A DNA stretch of 64,000 nt from positions 2,356,001-2,420,000 of the forward strand of contig NC_089432.1 in the NCBI RefSeq assembly GCF_026210795.1, given 5' to 3'. Every line of letters begins with the position of its first letter. Position 1 is the stretch's first letter. The notes beneath the pieces were generated by a model. The model saw only the letters and a list, made by a program, of their open reading frames with translations, made no database searches and was not told the DNA's origin. Positions 31,176 through 45,008 of this stretch are shown here, piece by piece. This DNA is from Rhizophagus irregularis (lineage: Eukaryota). The translations under genes and the position numbers were made by a program.

Positions 31176-33315
31176 GTAGCGAGACACACTACCAGCCCGA
31201 CGACTTATAGAACCAGTACGGTACGAATGATTATCATAAAAATTGATCAACCGTACCGTACAGGTTTGCAAATTCGTACTGTACTGGATAAATATATATT
31301 CGGTTAAGATTGGCTGGATGAATAAATAAATCACATGCTGATCACTTTGCCAGCCAATCAAATTTGGATTTCAAATATACGAAATTTTGACGTTTTATTT
31401 AGATTAATATTCAAATAAACTTTCATTTAGAGATAACTTTATTAAATGTTACCAAGTACTCTTGGAAGTAAAATTTGCTAAGCGTTCTATGACTTTCAAA
31501 ATTTGCTATAACCTTCTATTACAAATTAATAACCTTAAAGAATTTTCTTGTATTCTAATTGTTCATCCCCAGCTTAGCTGATTAGATAAATATAGATAGA
31601 AATTAGTTAATGGTCCCCATACGAAGGTTTCAGAATCTCGAAATCTGGCAAAACTAGTTTCGTCAGATTTTAGAATCAATTCCTGGTGAAACTCATAGGT
31701 TTCGAATCCAGACAAATATCACCATTGAATAATTCTGTAAAAAATACAATTCATTGACAATTTACTTTTACTTTAATTTACAATCCACTACTAAAGAATT
31801 CATCGTGATAAAAATTTGTTTTGGTTATGAGCAATTGCAAAAAAGATATTATTCGCTTTTATTGTATAAAAACTGACTGAGATAATGAATATTCTTTGAT
31901 TGATATTTTGTAAAGAAATTTTTGTCATAATTAAATATTTAAAACAAATTCGAATATTTTACATTTGTACCTACTACACCAAAAGACTATGTGAAGATTT
32001 ATGTTTAAATGATTATTTTAACTACTTTAATTTTTTTTTTTTTATAGTAAAGTATTTTCCTTTATTGAGTAAATAATAATATAATTTATACAATATGAAA
32101 ATATGAAAATACATTAGACTTAATTAAAGAACGTTTAGTTAAACTATTACTATCATACTCTTTTAAAAGAAAGGGTTAGCTAACTATAAATTAAGATCTA
32201 TCTAATACTAATATCTATTATAGTAATAAACTAAACTAAGTTGGTCTATAGATAACGTGCCATACTATAATAAACCTAAATATGTTGTAACGGTCTAATA
32301 TAGCACTAAAAATCATTCTATTTTGTATTTACTCAATGTCATTATCATCCCTTTCACCCTGAACTATTGCAACTTTCATTAAAAATTGACGTCTCTGTCA
32401 CTATTTCTTTTCCTTTACCTTTAGATCCTTCTGTTTGACCATTAATTTCTTTAACTCTATCGCTAAAAACCTCATTCAGTTTATTAAATCTTCAACTTTG
32501 TCTTTCTCATGAACCGTTGAACTCACTAGAATAGCTGATGCTTCATAAAATTTTTCTTGTTCCGATGCATTGATATTTGTGTTTGCTCTCGATGTTGTCT
32601 TTTGGGTTCATCGTTCATTAAAGTTTCCATTTTTATCTATTAAATTATCATGTTTCTTCACTTGAAATTCTTTTCCTAAATCATCTTTCATTGCTGATTT
32701 ATATATTTCTTTCATCATATCATTTTCATAAATTGGAATGTATTTAATTTCATGAATTCTAATTATTTTTCTGAAAAATCAACCATATTACTCAATGTTT
32801 TCTTTAATAATGGTCATGTTAATCTCGAGTAAAACATTCTGAAAAAATACTAACGCTCATTTTCTTGTAATGGAAATGTTAATGCCACCTCGTTTATATA
32901 CTGTACATCTTTATAAGCTTTGGTGAAATGAAGTGTAGCCGTAATCATAACCCTCTTATATTCATAACATCTTTTGAATCTTAGTTGCTCCACGTATCCT
33001 ACATTTTTGGTCAAATGTTCATATATTACTTCTTTTATTTTTATTTTTATGTTTTAGAAAAACCAAGTTGTAGTACAAATTATAAGGACAACAAATATTT
33101 GAGCCAAAGATAATTCTATCACTATCAACTAAACCGCAAACCTAGCAGACGATGATTTTTGACCTTGAAGAAGAGCGAGAAATGGGAGGGACCCAAGATC
33201 ACACTCAGAACTCACCCGCTGACCTGGAAAGACAACCAAATAAAAGGAAAACTAATTAAATGATCCATATTTTTTTTTTGGCTCTAGGGTCACCACCTGT
33301 AAATACTGTCATACA

Positions 33316-36300
33316 CAGTGTTGTGAAGTGATATTAAATGACACAAATGACATTAGTGACATGTCACGTATCATTATGTCATTTCAGTGAGTAAATGACA
33401 ATATTATGTCATTTGAAATTATGTCATGTGAGCTGTAATGCCGGCCAAAATTATTTAATATAATAAATCTTTATTATAGCGTATTATTTAATAAAAGTAA
33501 AAATTACTTAATCACAAATTCACAATTTATTATTAAAACATATTAACTGGAGCTTCTAAAGTCTCATTAAACAAATCAAGTAACTTCCATTTAGCCAATG
33601 GATTATCTGCTGGATGAATACTTTGTCCACCTATTTCAAATTCATATGTTTCTTCGCCTATAACTTCTGTATTATTTATATTAATTTCTGCATTAACCAT
33701 TTTAATCCAATCTTCAATTATTTTAGTCCATTGTTCAGAATTAATATTATCACTATTATTAGTTTTTTCAAAGGTATCATTAACATTACATTCATCAATA
33801 ACAGAAGTTTCTTCTAGTTCTTCAGTATCACTATCGTTAAAAGCATTAAATGTGAACTCATTATCATTTGTGTCTTCTTCATCTGATTGGTATTCTTGGA
33901 TTGGTTCAGCAATATGTAATCGTTTATATTGTCGTTCAGAAATTTCTATATCATCACGTTTTCTTTTACATAATATATCACTTCGCAATTGAGCCATAGC
34001 CAAAACTTTCTTATGCTACAAAATTAAAAATGTATAATCTTTTGTTAATGTGATTTTGCATAATATAAATTTTGGTAAAATACACTTACATGTAATTTAT
34101 TTCGGCGGGTTGAATGTAAAAAACCCATATTTGACCAAAGACGTTCCACTGAAGCTGCATTAACGCAGATCCCAAAAAGATGTAAAGCTAATTTTGAGAG
34201 TTCAGGTGCCAATCCTTTGGCAGATTCCCAGAAATCAATAATATTTTCTTCAAACTGATTATAAGTTTCAGAATTAAAAGGAAAAAGCTCACGTTGATAT
34301 GATAAATAATCACGAAGGATTCTTTTTGGTGTTTCATTAAACCATGCTTGATAGTAATATATAAGCCATTGTCCAAAATGTGTATAAGAAATATTTTTAG
34401 CAGAAGAATTAAATTTTGAAACTCGATATTTTGGATGAAGAACAATTGAAAGTAATAGTAATGGCTGTTCCCACTGTGCCCAGCGTGATTCTAATCTTGC
34501 TATCATGCAATTACCAAATTCTACGTTTTTGTGAGAAGAAAATATTTTAATTATCCAACCAAAGCAGTGTGCAATTTCATATAGGCGCGCAATATCCTTT
34601 TGTAATTTATTTAATGCGCTGCATATTGGTAATAATAAATTTTGAAGTTCAAATAGTTGGATCCAAAATTCTGGATCATTAATAATTTCAATTATGTCTG
34701 AAGGGAGACATTTGTTTTCATTATTTGAATTAGTTCTATAACGTTGACGAGATACTCCAGCTCGAGAAGTACTTGGAGTTCCAATACGTTCAGGAGAGCA
34801 TTTTGTTATTAAAGTCTAAAAAAATTAATAAAACAGGTATAAAAATTTTATTTATTGATTTATTGAGCAACTTGCCAAAATTATAATTCTCACCTTTAAT
34901 GCTGCTTCTGTTTTTAAAATACTGTGAAAACAAAAGTAGTAACTATTCCAGCGTGTTTCCCCTGGAGTTATCAATGCTATTGTTTGACCATAGCATGAAG
35001 TTTGTTCATTTCTTAACAATCCAGTGAAATAAGGAGAGGAGTGAAAATAACTAACAATACGAACTGCATTTTTTGATACTTGCTTGTATTGAAGTGATTC
35101 TTTAAAAATATCTCCTACAACCAAATTCATCTGATGGGCCATACAAGGTAAAAATACCTTACTTGGATATTCTACTCTTAATTGACGTCTAAAAAAGCAA
35201 AAAATTAAGATTTTATTAATAATATTCTATACCATAAAATATATAATATAAAATTGTACTCACCTTGCTGCAGCATATTCTCCAGCTGAATCAGAAACAA
35301 AACAATTGATTTTTATTTGTTTCAATTCGGCATTATTCATCAAATTTTTAATTAACATTTTAACATCTTCAGTTTTAGATCGTTGATCACTAATATCCTT
35401 AGCTCCCCAAATTAGTGTTTTACCAGATGAAGTAATAAGTACAACCCCAAAAAGATGTTCTTGTTTAACATTTGTCCAGCCGTCAAAAGCTGCAGTAACA
35501 CCAATTGCATCACCTTTTGCCTGCTCTACAATTGATATAGATAGTTGGTTTGCAGATTTAGAAAGAATACGATTACTGATGGCATGACGTCCTGGAAGTT
35601 TCAATGCTGGAGCAATAAATCTAAAAACTTCTTGTGTTTCTTTATTTTCCAGAAATGTAAATGATAAACCATTTGATACCATCATTAGTAATACCAGATT
35701 TTCAAAATGAGGAATGTCTTTCTTAGAAAATGGCCGGGATACATATCCTGATAAGGTTGATTGTTTAATAATTGAATTAGATGGTGCAGCAGTTGTAGAT
35801 TTATCAGTTTCCATCTCACTTTCATTTATTATTGCTTGTGTTTTATTTTTTTTCTCATCTTCAGGTACTTTACGTGATAAAATTTCTTCTCTTTCACTCT
35901 CATGATATTCATGAGCAAAATTTTCACATTTTTTCAGATGATTATGGCATAATAATGCTTTATTAGATACGAAACATTCAGGTTTAGAAATAGCAATAGG
36001 TAAAGTATGTTTTCTTATACAAGAAAAACACACTGCTTTTTTATTTGCTTTAGGATTATCTGGTGTACATAAATAAAAAAATTCACGAAAATTATGCTTT
36101 TCTTTCATTTTAATTTTATACAAACTCGTATATATTGAAATAAGAAATTTGTTATGAAAAATAATGACGAAACGCGAGAATCACAAAAAAGATCGATAAA
36201 TCTTAGATTTAACAAACAAATAATAATAAATTGTTAAATTTCCAGATTAAATAAATATCACACACTTGTCATTCCATTTTTGGATATCATCAATTTTAAG

Positions 36301-36534
36301 TTATGCTTTTTGGAGTTTCGATCAACAAGTTATTATGAAATGTGCCACTAAATAGATTAATCATCATAATGACAATCATAAATGATATTGTCACTTAGAA
36401 ATGACATATGTCATTTTGTCATTTGTCATTTGCAAATGACATTTTTTTTAAATGACATAATTTCTTATATCATTTCAATGTCATTTAAGGTCATTTGAAA
36501 TTTGGTCAAATGACAATGTCATTTAACATCACTG
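33316..36534 (-). mobile_element. hAT DNA transposon, apparently autonomous
   Basis: CAGTG termini, 8-bp TSD GTCATACA (33308-33315, 36535-36542), AATGACA subterminal repeats. Confidence 0.92.
33533..36108 (-). CDS. hAT transposase, 4 exons (36108-35264, 35188-34894, 34815-34090, 34015-33533), ~782 aa
   Basis: BED-like finger, FDGWTN, VSDSAGE, PCMAHQMNL, TRWNS, SVERLWS; GT-AG introns give one continuous frame. Confidence 0.92.
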
Positions 36535-37068
36535 GTCATACACAGGTCGAAGGGGCACCATTGTCCAAAATTCAAAAAATGCAAATTCCACATTTTTCTG
36601 GAAAATGGTGGGAAATTGTGGAAAATGCTGCATTACACTGAGCAATTTTTTGGAATAGCATTGTTACAACATTGTCCGATTTAGCAAATTTTATGAAAAT
36701 TTGGGAAAATGCTACATTATATCTCAAATGTAACATTTCGTAACATTTCGCCCTATAAAAAATATGTATATGGTTTTTATACTGTATATACGTATTTTTG
36801 ATACAGTTTGCATTTTTACATACGGCATATCAGTATAATGTATACTGTTCGCAAAATGTGCTTAGTAAAAAATACAATAAAGTATACGGTAAACATACTG
36901 TGTGATACGGTATATTAAATTCATACGTCTATAACGTATATCATTTCTACTGTATATCAGTATTTTGTATACGGTTCACAAAAATATTGTAAATAAAGGA
37001 TATGGTATACGTATTATTCTACAGTATATTAAAATTCAAACATTTATAACGTATTTTCTACAGATATA

Positions 37069-38640
37069 TACAGGTCAAATAAATAAAAATCAGATTTTTG
37101 CCCTTTTTAATATGGCTGTCTGATTTTTTGGCAATTTTAATATAATATTTCCGATTTTAATAAATATTTCTGATTTTAATATAATATTTCTGATTTTTAA
37201 CATGAAATTGCCGATTTTTGGTTATTTGTAATAGGATTTTTCAATTTTAATATATAACATGTGATTATGTATTACGGTTTAATATTTATTTATTAACTTA
37301 GATTTTTTTTTTATTTCAGTTATAATTATTTTTTTGCCTTAAAAACTTTACTAAAATACTTTTTAAATACTTTATAAAATAGAATTAAAATATTTTTTTT
37401 CTTAAATATAAATACATTTAAATTAAATAACTCATAATTTAAAATATAAACAAATATTATATTTTTTTTACATATATTTCAAAGTATGGTTTGAGCATTT
37501 TGGCTGAAGTAAATCTTATTCTTTTAATTAAAAGTAGTTTAGTAAGTTTAAAACTGTTAAGATCATAAAAGTACAGTTAATATTTTTGGAATTATTTACA
37601 TTTTTTATATTATACAGTAGTATTAAGTTACAAATTTTTTTACCTTCAGAGCGTATTTTGAGATCTTTAGCCAAAGTAAATCAACTTCTTATATTAATTG
37701 TAAGTTGTTCGGCAGGTTAAAATCTACTTGGATATTAATTTTCACGAAGGTACAGTTAATACTTGATGAGTTATTTACAATTTTCACAACAGTATTCATT
37801 CACGACTTTTATTTTTTTCATTTTGTCACTTCAGAGCGTATTTTGAGCACTTTATCCAAAGTAAACCAACTTCTTATATTAATTGAAAGTTGTTTAGCAT
37901 GTCAAAATCTACTTGATTATTAATTTTCACGAAGGTACAGTTAATACTTGATGAGTTATTCACGATTTTCACAATGGTACTCATTTACGAATTTTATTTT
38001 TTTCCGTTTTGTCACTTCAGAGCGTATTTTGAGCACTTTAGTCAAAGTAAATCGACTTCTTTTATTAATTGAAAGTTGTTTAGCATGTCGAAATCTACTT
38101 GAATATTAATTTTCACGAAGGTACAGTTAATACTTGATGAGTTATTCACGATTTTCACAACGGTACTCATTTACGAATTTTATTTTTTCCATTTTGTTAC
38201 TTCAGAGCGTATTTTAAGCACTTTAGCCAAAGTAAATCGATTTCTTTTATTAATTAAAAATTGTTCAGCAGCTTAGAATCTACTTGAATATTTATTTTAA
38301 TGAAAGCACAGTTAATATTTGTGGAGTTATTAATTTTTTATAATTGTGCGTATTACATTAAATTACAAGTAAATTTATATTCTTAATGTATTTTGTTTAA
38401 AATTTAATTATTTAAGATTAGTTTTTTATTTAATATTGCTTAATAAAATATTTTTTAAATTTTAATTCAATATTACAATATAATTTTTTATAAAAATATA
38501 TATTTCATAATGTATATACAATTTTTTTGTATAGTGAAAAAACTGAAAAATGTGGTTAAGAATTGGTAATACGGCTGTAAAAAGTCACAAATCGGATAAA
38601 TATAGCTAAAATCAGCCAATTTTTATTTATTTGACGTGTG
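37069..38640. mobile_element. Non-autonomous TIR element (CAC-type terminus)
   Basis: TACAGGTCAAATAAATAAAAAT / CACACGTCAAATAAATAAAAAT inverted ends, with ATA on both flanks. Confidence 0.75.
37645..38340. repeat. ~185-bp tandem repeat, about 4 copies
   Basis: ttcagagcgtattttgag recurs at ~37645, 37830, 38016 and 38201. Confidence 0.9.
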
Positions 38641-38953
38641 ATAGAGTAAGTTTTTCTACACTTTAAAGCATCAAACAATACTAGTATCTGCTAATATGTA
38701 CTACCCAAAAACTCACTGATGTAAAATCACAATTATTAAAAAATTCACAAGAATTTTTGTTAATACTGTTTAATTTTTAAGTTCAAAGTCCGATTGATAA
38801 TACTAAATTCAAAACTCAATTATAAATCATTTTTATAAATTATAATTTAAAAATTAAGCAGTATTAAGGAAAATTCTCATGAATTTTTCTTAATACTACT
38901 TAATTCTAATTTAACTAATTTAGTATTAAGGTTTTAATTTAAAAATTAAGCAG

Positions 38954-39866
38954 TGTTACCGGTTATGGCGGTAAATAAGAGTCGGATAACTATCAATATT
39001 ATATCGTATAAACACTCAATTATCAACGGGATTCTTACTCAATACTACCTATCTTGGTATTCCGGTATTGTTCGTTAAGAATCGTCAAGATAACAACTAC
39101 AAAATACGATAAAGAATAGTACGCAATAGTTATAACAACAACTGTTATATGACTGTTAGAAACAACATGTAATATTGACCAAAATATAACGATTTTATTA
39201 GTAGATGTAAATTCGGGTCTTTACAACAAGGTGATAAAAGTGACAGAAAGGGATAGGAAATATATCTTAAAGATATTCAGTGACAAGATAACTAAAAAAA
39301 AAATATAGCTATATGGTGACTACTCTATCAAAGAGTTGGCAGAAGGTATATTTATATCTTATTTTATCTAACTGTCATCTCTTTTTCCTGTCATCAAGGC
39401 AAAACCTAATCTATAGATGTCTATTGATGGGCTATTGATTTCCTATTGTCAAAGTTTCATCGTGATATTTCGTAATATATCAATACGATTATACAATACA
39501 ATACAATTATAAGCCACTTTAATAAAGTACAAATGATAATTTTAGACGATTAATTACTATTGAGCTAATTTCCCCACAATAACTTCTAATAAAATCTTAT
39601 ATATATAAACAATACAAATAAAGAAAATAAATAATATAAACAATAATAATATGAATAATATATAATACTACTTATGTAAATATAATAAAATAAAATAAAT
39701 AAAATCAATATTTTCTATTAGGTTAATCCGGTATACACAAACCAACAGTTATATATCGATATAAATCGGCACATAATATCACCAATTGACATGTACACAA
39801 ATGTACCAAATTTCATCGGATCACCATATAATATCGGAAATCACATGTGCAAAAATTCGCGTAACA
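38954..39866. mobile_element. Solo LTR
   Basis: TGTTAC...GTAACA ends, 4-bp TSD GCAG; removal restores the tandem repeat unit. Confidence 0.88.
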
Positions 39867-40092
39867 GCAGTATCAAGGAAAATTCTTGCGAATTTTTCTT
39901 AATACTGCTTAATTCTAATTTAACTAATTTAGTATTAAGGTTTTAATTTAAAAATTAAGCAGTATCAAGGAAAATTCTTGCGAATTTTTCTTAATACTTC
40001 TTAATTCTAATTTAACTAATTTAGTATTAAGGCTTTAATTTAAAAATTAAGCAGTATCAAGGAAAATTCTTGCGAATTTTTCTTAATACTGC

Positions 40093-41197
40093 TTATATCT
40101 GCCAATTCGTGAAATTAGCCAAACATAAAGATTTGCACATTTTAACAAGAATTATGTTTCACAAGCTTAAATTGTATGTGTTACATAATCAGATGATCTA
40201 AATCTATCAAAAAATAAAAAAAAATTTTTTAACGTTTATTCAAAAATAACAATGGCAACTACTTTCTTTTTCAATCACTTTTCAATCACTTTTCAATCAG
40301 ATTTTTGTTAGGTGACTTAGAAAAGTTTATAGGCATATATAGCAGGTTTTTTTTAATCAGTAAGTAAGAAAACAAATATTAATAATTTTTATTAATAAGA
40401 AAAATCTTTTTTCATTTATTTTTAACCTTATTTCCTTCTTTTTTTTAGTAAAAATATATACAAAATAAAAATGTGAGTTATGATTTAGAGTTTTTGAGAT
40501 GTTTTTTTTTGTTTTTTACTATACTAATTTTATTCTACTTGTTAATTACTTTTTAAAATTGATTTTATTAATTTATTCAATTTAAAACAGAAATGGCAAA
40601 TAAAAACTTGTTAAGTAAAGTAAAAAGAGCCCAATATACCTGTAAAGATCATCTTTTGGTAAGAATTATAATTTTAAAAATTTTTGTGTCAGAGTTTTAT
40701 TCAATTAACAAAATCGTTAATATCTCGGCGTACATGTATGCTAAACACATATATTTATATTCATATGAAAGCCCAGAATCTACTCTACCTGAACGAAAAA
40801 AGATTATTCAAATCGAATTACTAGATGTGAAGATATTAACGATCAAAGTCAAAGATTAAAAATAAATATATTGAACGTAATTATTCAGCAACTTGTGATC
40901 TAATTCATGTGATATTTGGTTTATGGATAGCTCTTGATTACCTCTTTCTAATGAATATAAAATCATTCGTCTAGCATACATACACGTTAAGTTATTCAAT
41001 ATTTTATCATGACAATTATATTTAAATTTTTTAATTTTAATGATATTATTAAAAAAATCAAAAAATAATATAATCAAATCAATTTTATTTATATCAGCGG
41101 TGTGAATCTATCATTTTCATGTAAATTGTATTAGCATTTTCTTAATAAAGTTAGTTTTTTGAATATAAAAACTTAATTCCATAAATCAGCCCATATG
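40093..41197. mobile_element. Unclassified ~1.1-kb insertion with imperfect inverted ends
   Basis: Interrupts the 92-bp repeat; ends tatatctgccaattcgtgaaatt / catatgggctgatttatggaatt match only partly; TSD unclear. Confidence 0.5.
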
Positions 41198-44100
41198 TTA
41201 ATTCTAATTTAACTAATTTAGTAGTATTAAGACTTTAATTTAAAAATTAAGCGGTATCAAGGAAAATTCTTGCGAATTTTTCTTAATACTGCTTAATTCT
41301 AATTTAACTAATTTAATATTAAAGCTTTAATTTAAAAATTAAGCAGTATCAAAGAAAATTCTCACAAATTTTTCTTAATTCTAATTTAGCTAATTTAGTA
41401 TTAAGGCTTTAATTTAAAAATTAAGCAGTATTAAGAAAAATTTTTACAAATTTTCTTATTAAAAAAAAGAACTTTTAAATTACTAATTAAACTTTAAAAA
41501 CAATCTGTATGATTTAAATTTTAAAAAAAATACTTCTGCTTTTTAATTTTCGCATTTCTATATTTAACCAATTAAAATTCAGCTGATCGCCGATCACATG
41601 CATTAATAACACGTTATTGTTTATTTTTTGTTTATTTTTTCTTTTCTCTTCTTTTTTTTTAGAAAAAAAAAGACAATAAAAATGAATACCAAAATTATTT
41701 TAACATATAATAATAAAAATCAAACAAAAAACTTATTTTGATAATATATAATATATATATTTGTATCAAACTACTAATTATACAAAAAGTGATATGCATG
41801 TATATCAATTAACAATTACTTTCACTAATATCTCTCTGGAATTGTAATGGTGAATTTTAACAATATTAATTAAACAACTATATGTACACCGTTTTATGTT
41901 TTTATTTTTATATTAATATTATATGTTAACATATATTAATTATATTTTTTTTACTTTTATGTATTTTATTTAATTTTTTTAATATATTACTAACATTACT
42001 ACTATCGTTTTATTACTTTTTTATATCTAACTAATATATTAATAATATTACTAACTTTTTATTATTTCTTTTTTATATTTAAAATAATGATAATATTACT
42101 AATTAAATTTCTTTTTTTTTACTAACCTTTTATTATTCCTTTTTTATATTTAAAATAATGATAATATTACTAATTAAATTTCTTTTTTTTACTACTAACC
42201 TTTTATTATTCCTTTTTTATATTTAAAATAATGATAATATTACTAATTAAATTTCTTTTTTTTTTGTTTATATTTTGCTAATATTATTTTTTTTACAAAT
42301 AGTATATTATTTTATACTAGTTTTTTATTTATATTATTTATAAAAAAATATTTGTATATTTAATATTATTTAATAAAAATTTTATTGATTATAAATGCAT
42401 TTTAAATTCTGTTTGCAAATATAAAATATACGATTTAATTGAATAATATATACTATTTATCAGTACAAAATATGCAGTTTAAACTGAAAAAAAGTACTGT
42501 TTATCAGTATAAAATATACGGTTTATCCTGGAAAAGTATACTGTTCGCAATATAAAATATAAAACAATATACTGTTTATTGGTATAAAACATACGGTTTT
42601 TATACTGTTTACAAGTATAAAACATACGGGTGAAACTGGAAAAATATACTGTATGCAAACCGTATATATGATACGGTGTGCAGAATACCGAATATATACA
42701 GTATGTGAAAATACTGTAATTATATGGTAATAATACTATAAATATACTGTTCGCAAAATATGAAAATACAGTATACTAACCATATATATATTTTTTATAG
42801 GGTCGTAACATTGTTATAACATTGTCATTAAAATCAAATTTTGCTTTTTTTTTGTCAAATGTTCCAATTTTCTTGCAAATGGTGCATTTTTATGAAAATT
42901 CCACATTTTACCTCAAATGTAATAACATTTCATAAAATTGTTATAACATTGTCAATTAAAATCAAATTTTGCTTTTTTTTTGTCAAATGTTCCAATTTTC
43001 TTGCAAATGGTGCATTTTTATGAAAATGCCATATTTTATCTCCAATGTGATGTCATTGTAACAACATTTCATAAAATTGTTATAACATTGTCAATTAAAA
43101 TCAAATTTTGTCAAATATTCTGATTTTCTGGCAAATGGTGCATTTTTTATGAAAATTCTATATTTTTTTGTCAAATGTTGCATATTTTCAGTAAATTTTA
43201 CATTTTTTTGGTCAAATATTTCATTTTCGTCAGAATGTTAAAATATTACAATTTTTTTTTTGGAAAATGCTCAATAATATAGCATTACACTGGAAAATGT
43301 AGCATTTCACCAAATTACACTAAAAAGTATCACAATTATCACATTTTTTGGAAAATTCCACATTACATTAAATTATACTGAGAAATGTGGCACTATACTA
43401 AATTATGTGGAATTGCACTAAAAAATACCACAATTACACTAGACAATGTAGCATTACACTAAAAAAGTACCACAATTATCATATTTTTTAGAAAATTTCG
43501 CGTTATACTGGAAAATGTAACATTATGCTAGAAAATGCGGAATTGCACTAAAAAATGCGGAATTGCGCTAAAAAACACAAAAAAATACTACAATTACACT
43601 GGATAATGTAGCATTACACTTAATTACATTAAAATTGTTATGATAATTTTTATTTATTTGTAAAATTACGGACATTATTACATTTATAATATTTATATTC
43701 TAACGCATTATTTAACATTAAACACATTGTTAATATTAACAATGTATCAACACGATGCATGTGTTGTGATGTTGTTTAATTTAATACTAAACCTTACTAC
43801 TGAAGACTCCCTCTTTTTGTCACTATAAACAGGCGGAGGGAGCAGCAATGGCTCTCCCCCTATAGGTACTTTATGGCCTCTACCTGTTTATAGATGAGGG
43901 GCTTTTCGTAAAGTTATTAGATAGATATATATATATGTATATATATAAGTATATATATACATCTATCATAATTAAATTAAAATTATAAAAAAAAAATAAT
44001 AATTTCGGGGGAAAAAGCCCCTATTTATATAAAATTATGTATCACGTGTATCACGTGATATTACTTAATAATTACCGCAGCTTCAGCTGCGGTATAGCGA

Positions 44101-44395
44101 AAAAAAATTAAGCTTTTTTTAGTAAAAAGCTTAATTTTTTCTCACGATCTTTCAATTTCAACTTCTTTTTCTCCCCTTTCCCATTTCGTTTCCCTCCTTT
44201 CCCTCTTTCGTTCTCCCTTTCCCATTTCGTTCTCCCCTTTCCCATTTCGTTTTCCCCTTTCCCTCTTTCGTTCTCCCCTTTCCCTTTTCTCCCCTTCCCT
44301 TTTCGTTCTCCCTCCGCACTTTTCCCTTCCCTCTTTTTCTCCCTTCCCCCTTCCCTTTCCCCTTCCTGGAATCATCTTTCAGTAAAAACGAAATG

Positions 44396-45008
44396 GTAAG
44401 TTTCGAAGCGAAATGCTTCGAAACTTTTTTAAAATTTTTTTTTGATTTTTTGTTGTAAGGAAACGTTTCTAACATTTCCTTTTTTTTTAGGACTTTTGAC
44501 CTCAGAATTTATAAACGGTTAGTTTCGAAGTTTTTCAAAACTTTTTTTTTTGTTTTTTAGGAAACTTTTCTAACGTTTCCTGTATTTTCTTTTTTTTTGT
44601 AGGTCTTTCGGCTTGTTTCGTTCAATTCGGAATATTGAAATCAGTAAGTTTCGAGGCGTTCACCTCGAAACTTTTTTAAAAAAATTTTTTCTTTTTTTAG
44701 GAAACATTACTAATGTTTCCAATAATTTCTTTTTTTATAGGTCTTTTTGGCGTACTTGACTTAGAAAAATGAAATGGTAAGTTTCGAGACGTTCACCTTG
44801 AAACTTTTTTTTCTAAAATTCTTTTTAGGAAACATACTGACGTTTCCTTTCTTTTTTTTTTGTAGAATTTCAGCGTTTTGACTTTGGAAAACGGGAAACG
44901 AAATGATGGTAAGTTTCGAAGCATTTCACTTTGAAACTTTTAAAATAAATTTTTTTTTTTGCTTGTTATAAGGAATGTTTTTAACGATCCTTTATTTTTT
45001 TTGTGTAG
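44396..45008 (+). other. Micro-exon/intron array A (5 related introns)
   Basis: GTAAGT...CTAAC-like...T-rich TAG units of 85-100 nt separated by 27-43-nt exons. Confidence 0.75.

Larger units (their letters stand above)
7965..31190. mobile_element. Maverick/Polinton-like element (virus-like DNA transposon) with a Gag-protease cassette
   Basis: 452-bp TIRs; integrase, A32-like ATPase, pPolB and SF3 helicase; dense intronless ORFs; visibly higher GC than the flanks. Left tip appears missing and no TSD could be confirmed. Confidence 0.92.
38850..41455. repeat. ~92-bp palindromic tandem repeat array interrupted by two insertions
   Basis: Unit aattaagcagtatcaaggaaaattc-ttgc-gaatttttcttaatactgcttaatt... 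at 38850-38953, 39867-40094 and 41198-41455. Confidence 0.85.
36751..42802. mobile_element. Non-autonomous TIR element (CCC termini, 3-bp TSD; EnSpm-like)
   Basis: TIR CCCTATAAAAAATAT(G/A)TATATGGTT; TSD TCG (36748-36750, 42803-42805); ATACTGT/ATACGGT subterminal repeats. Confidence 0.85.

Noticed and set aside
32300..32950. Minus-strand coding-like remnant
   Set aside because: Multiple stops and no recognisable domain; cannot be assigned.
44142..44475. G/K/E/R-rich ORFs, and the F-rich ORFs at 49899-50316 and 61489-62039
   Set aside because: Translations of low-complexity purine/pyrimidine tracts.
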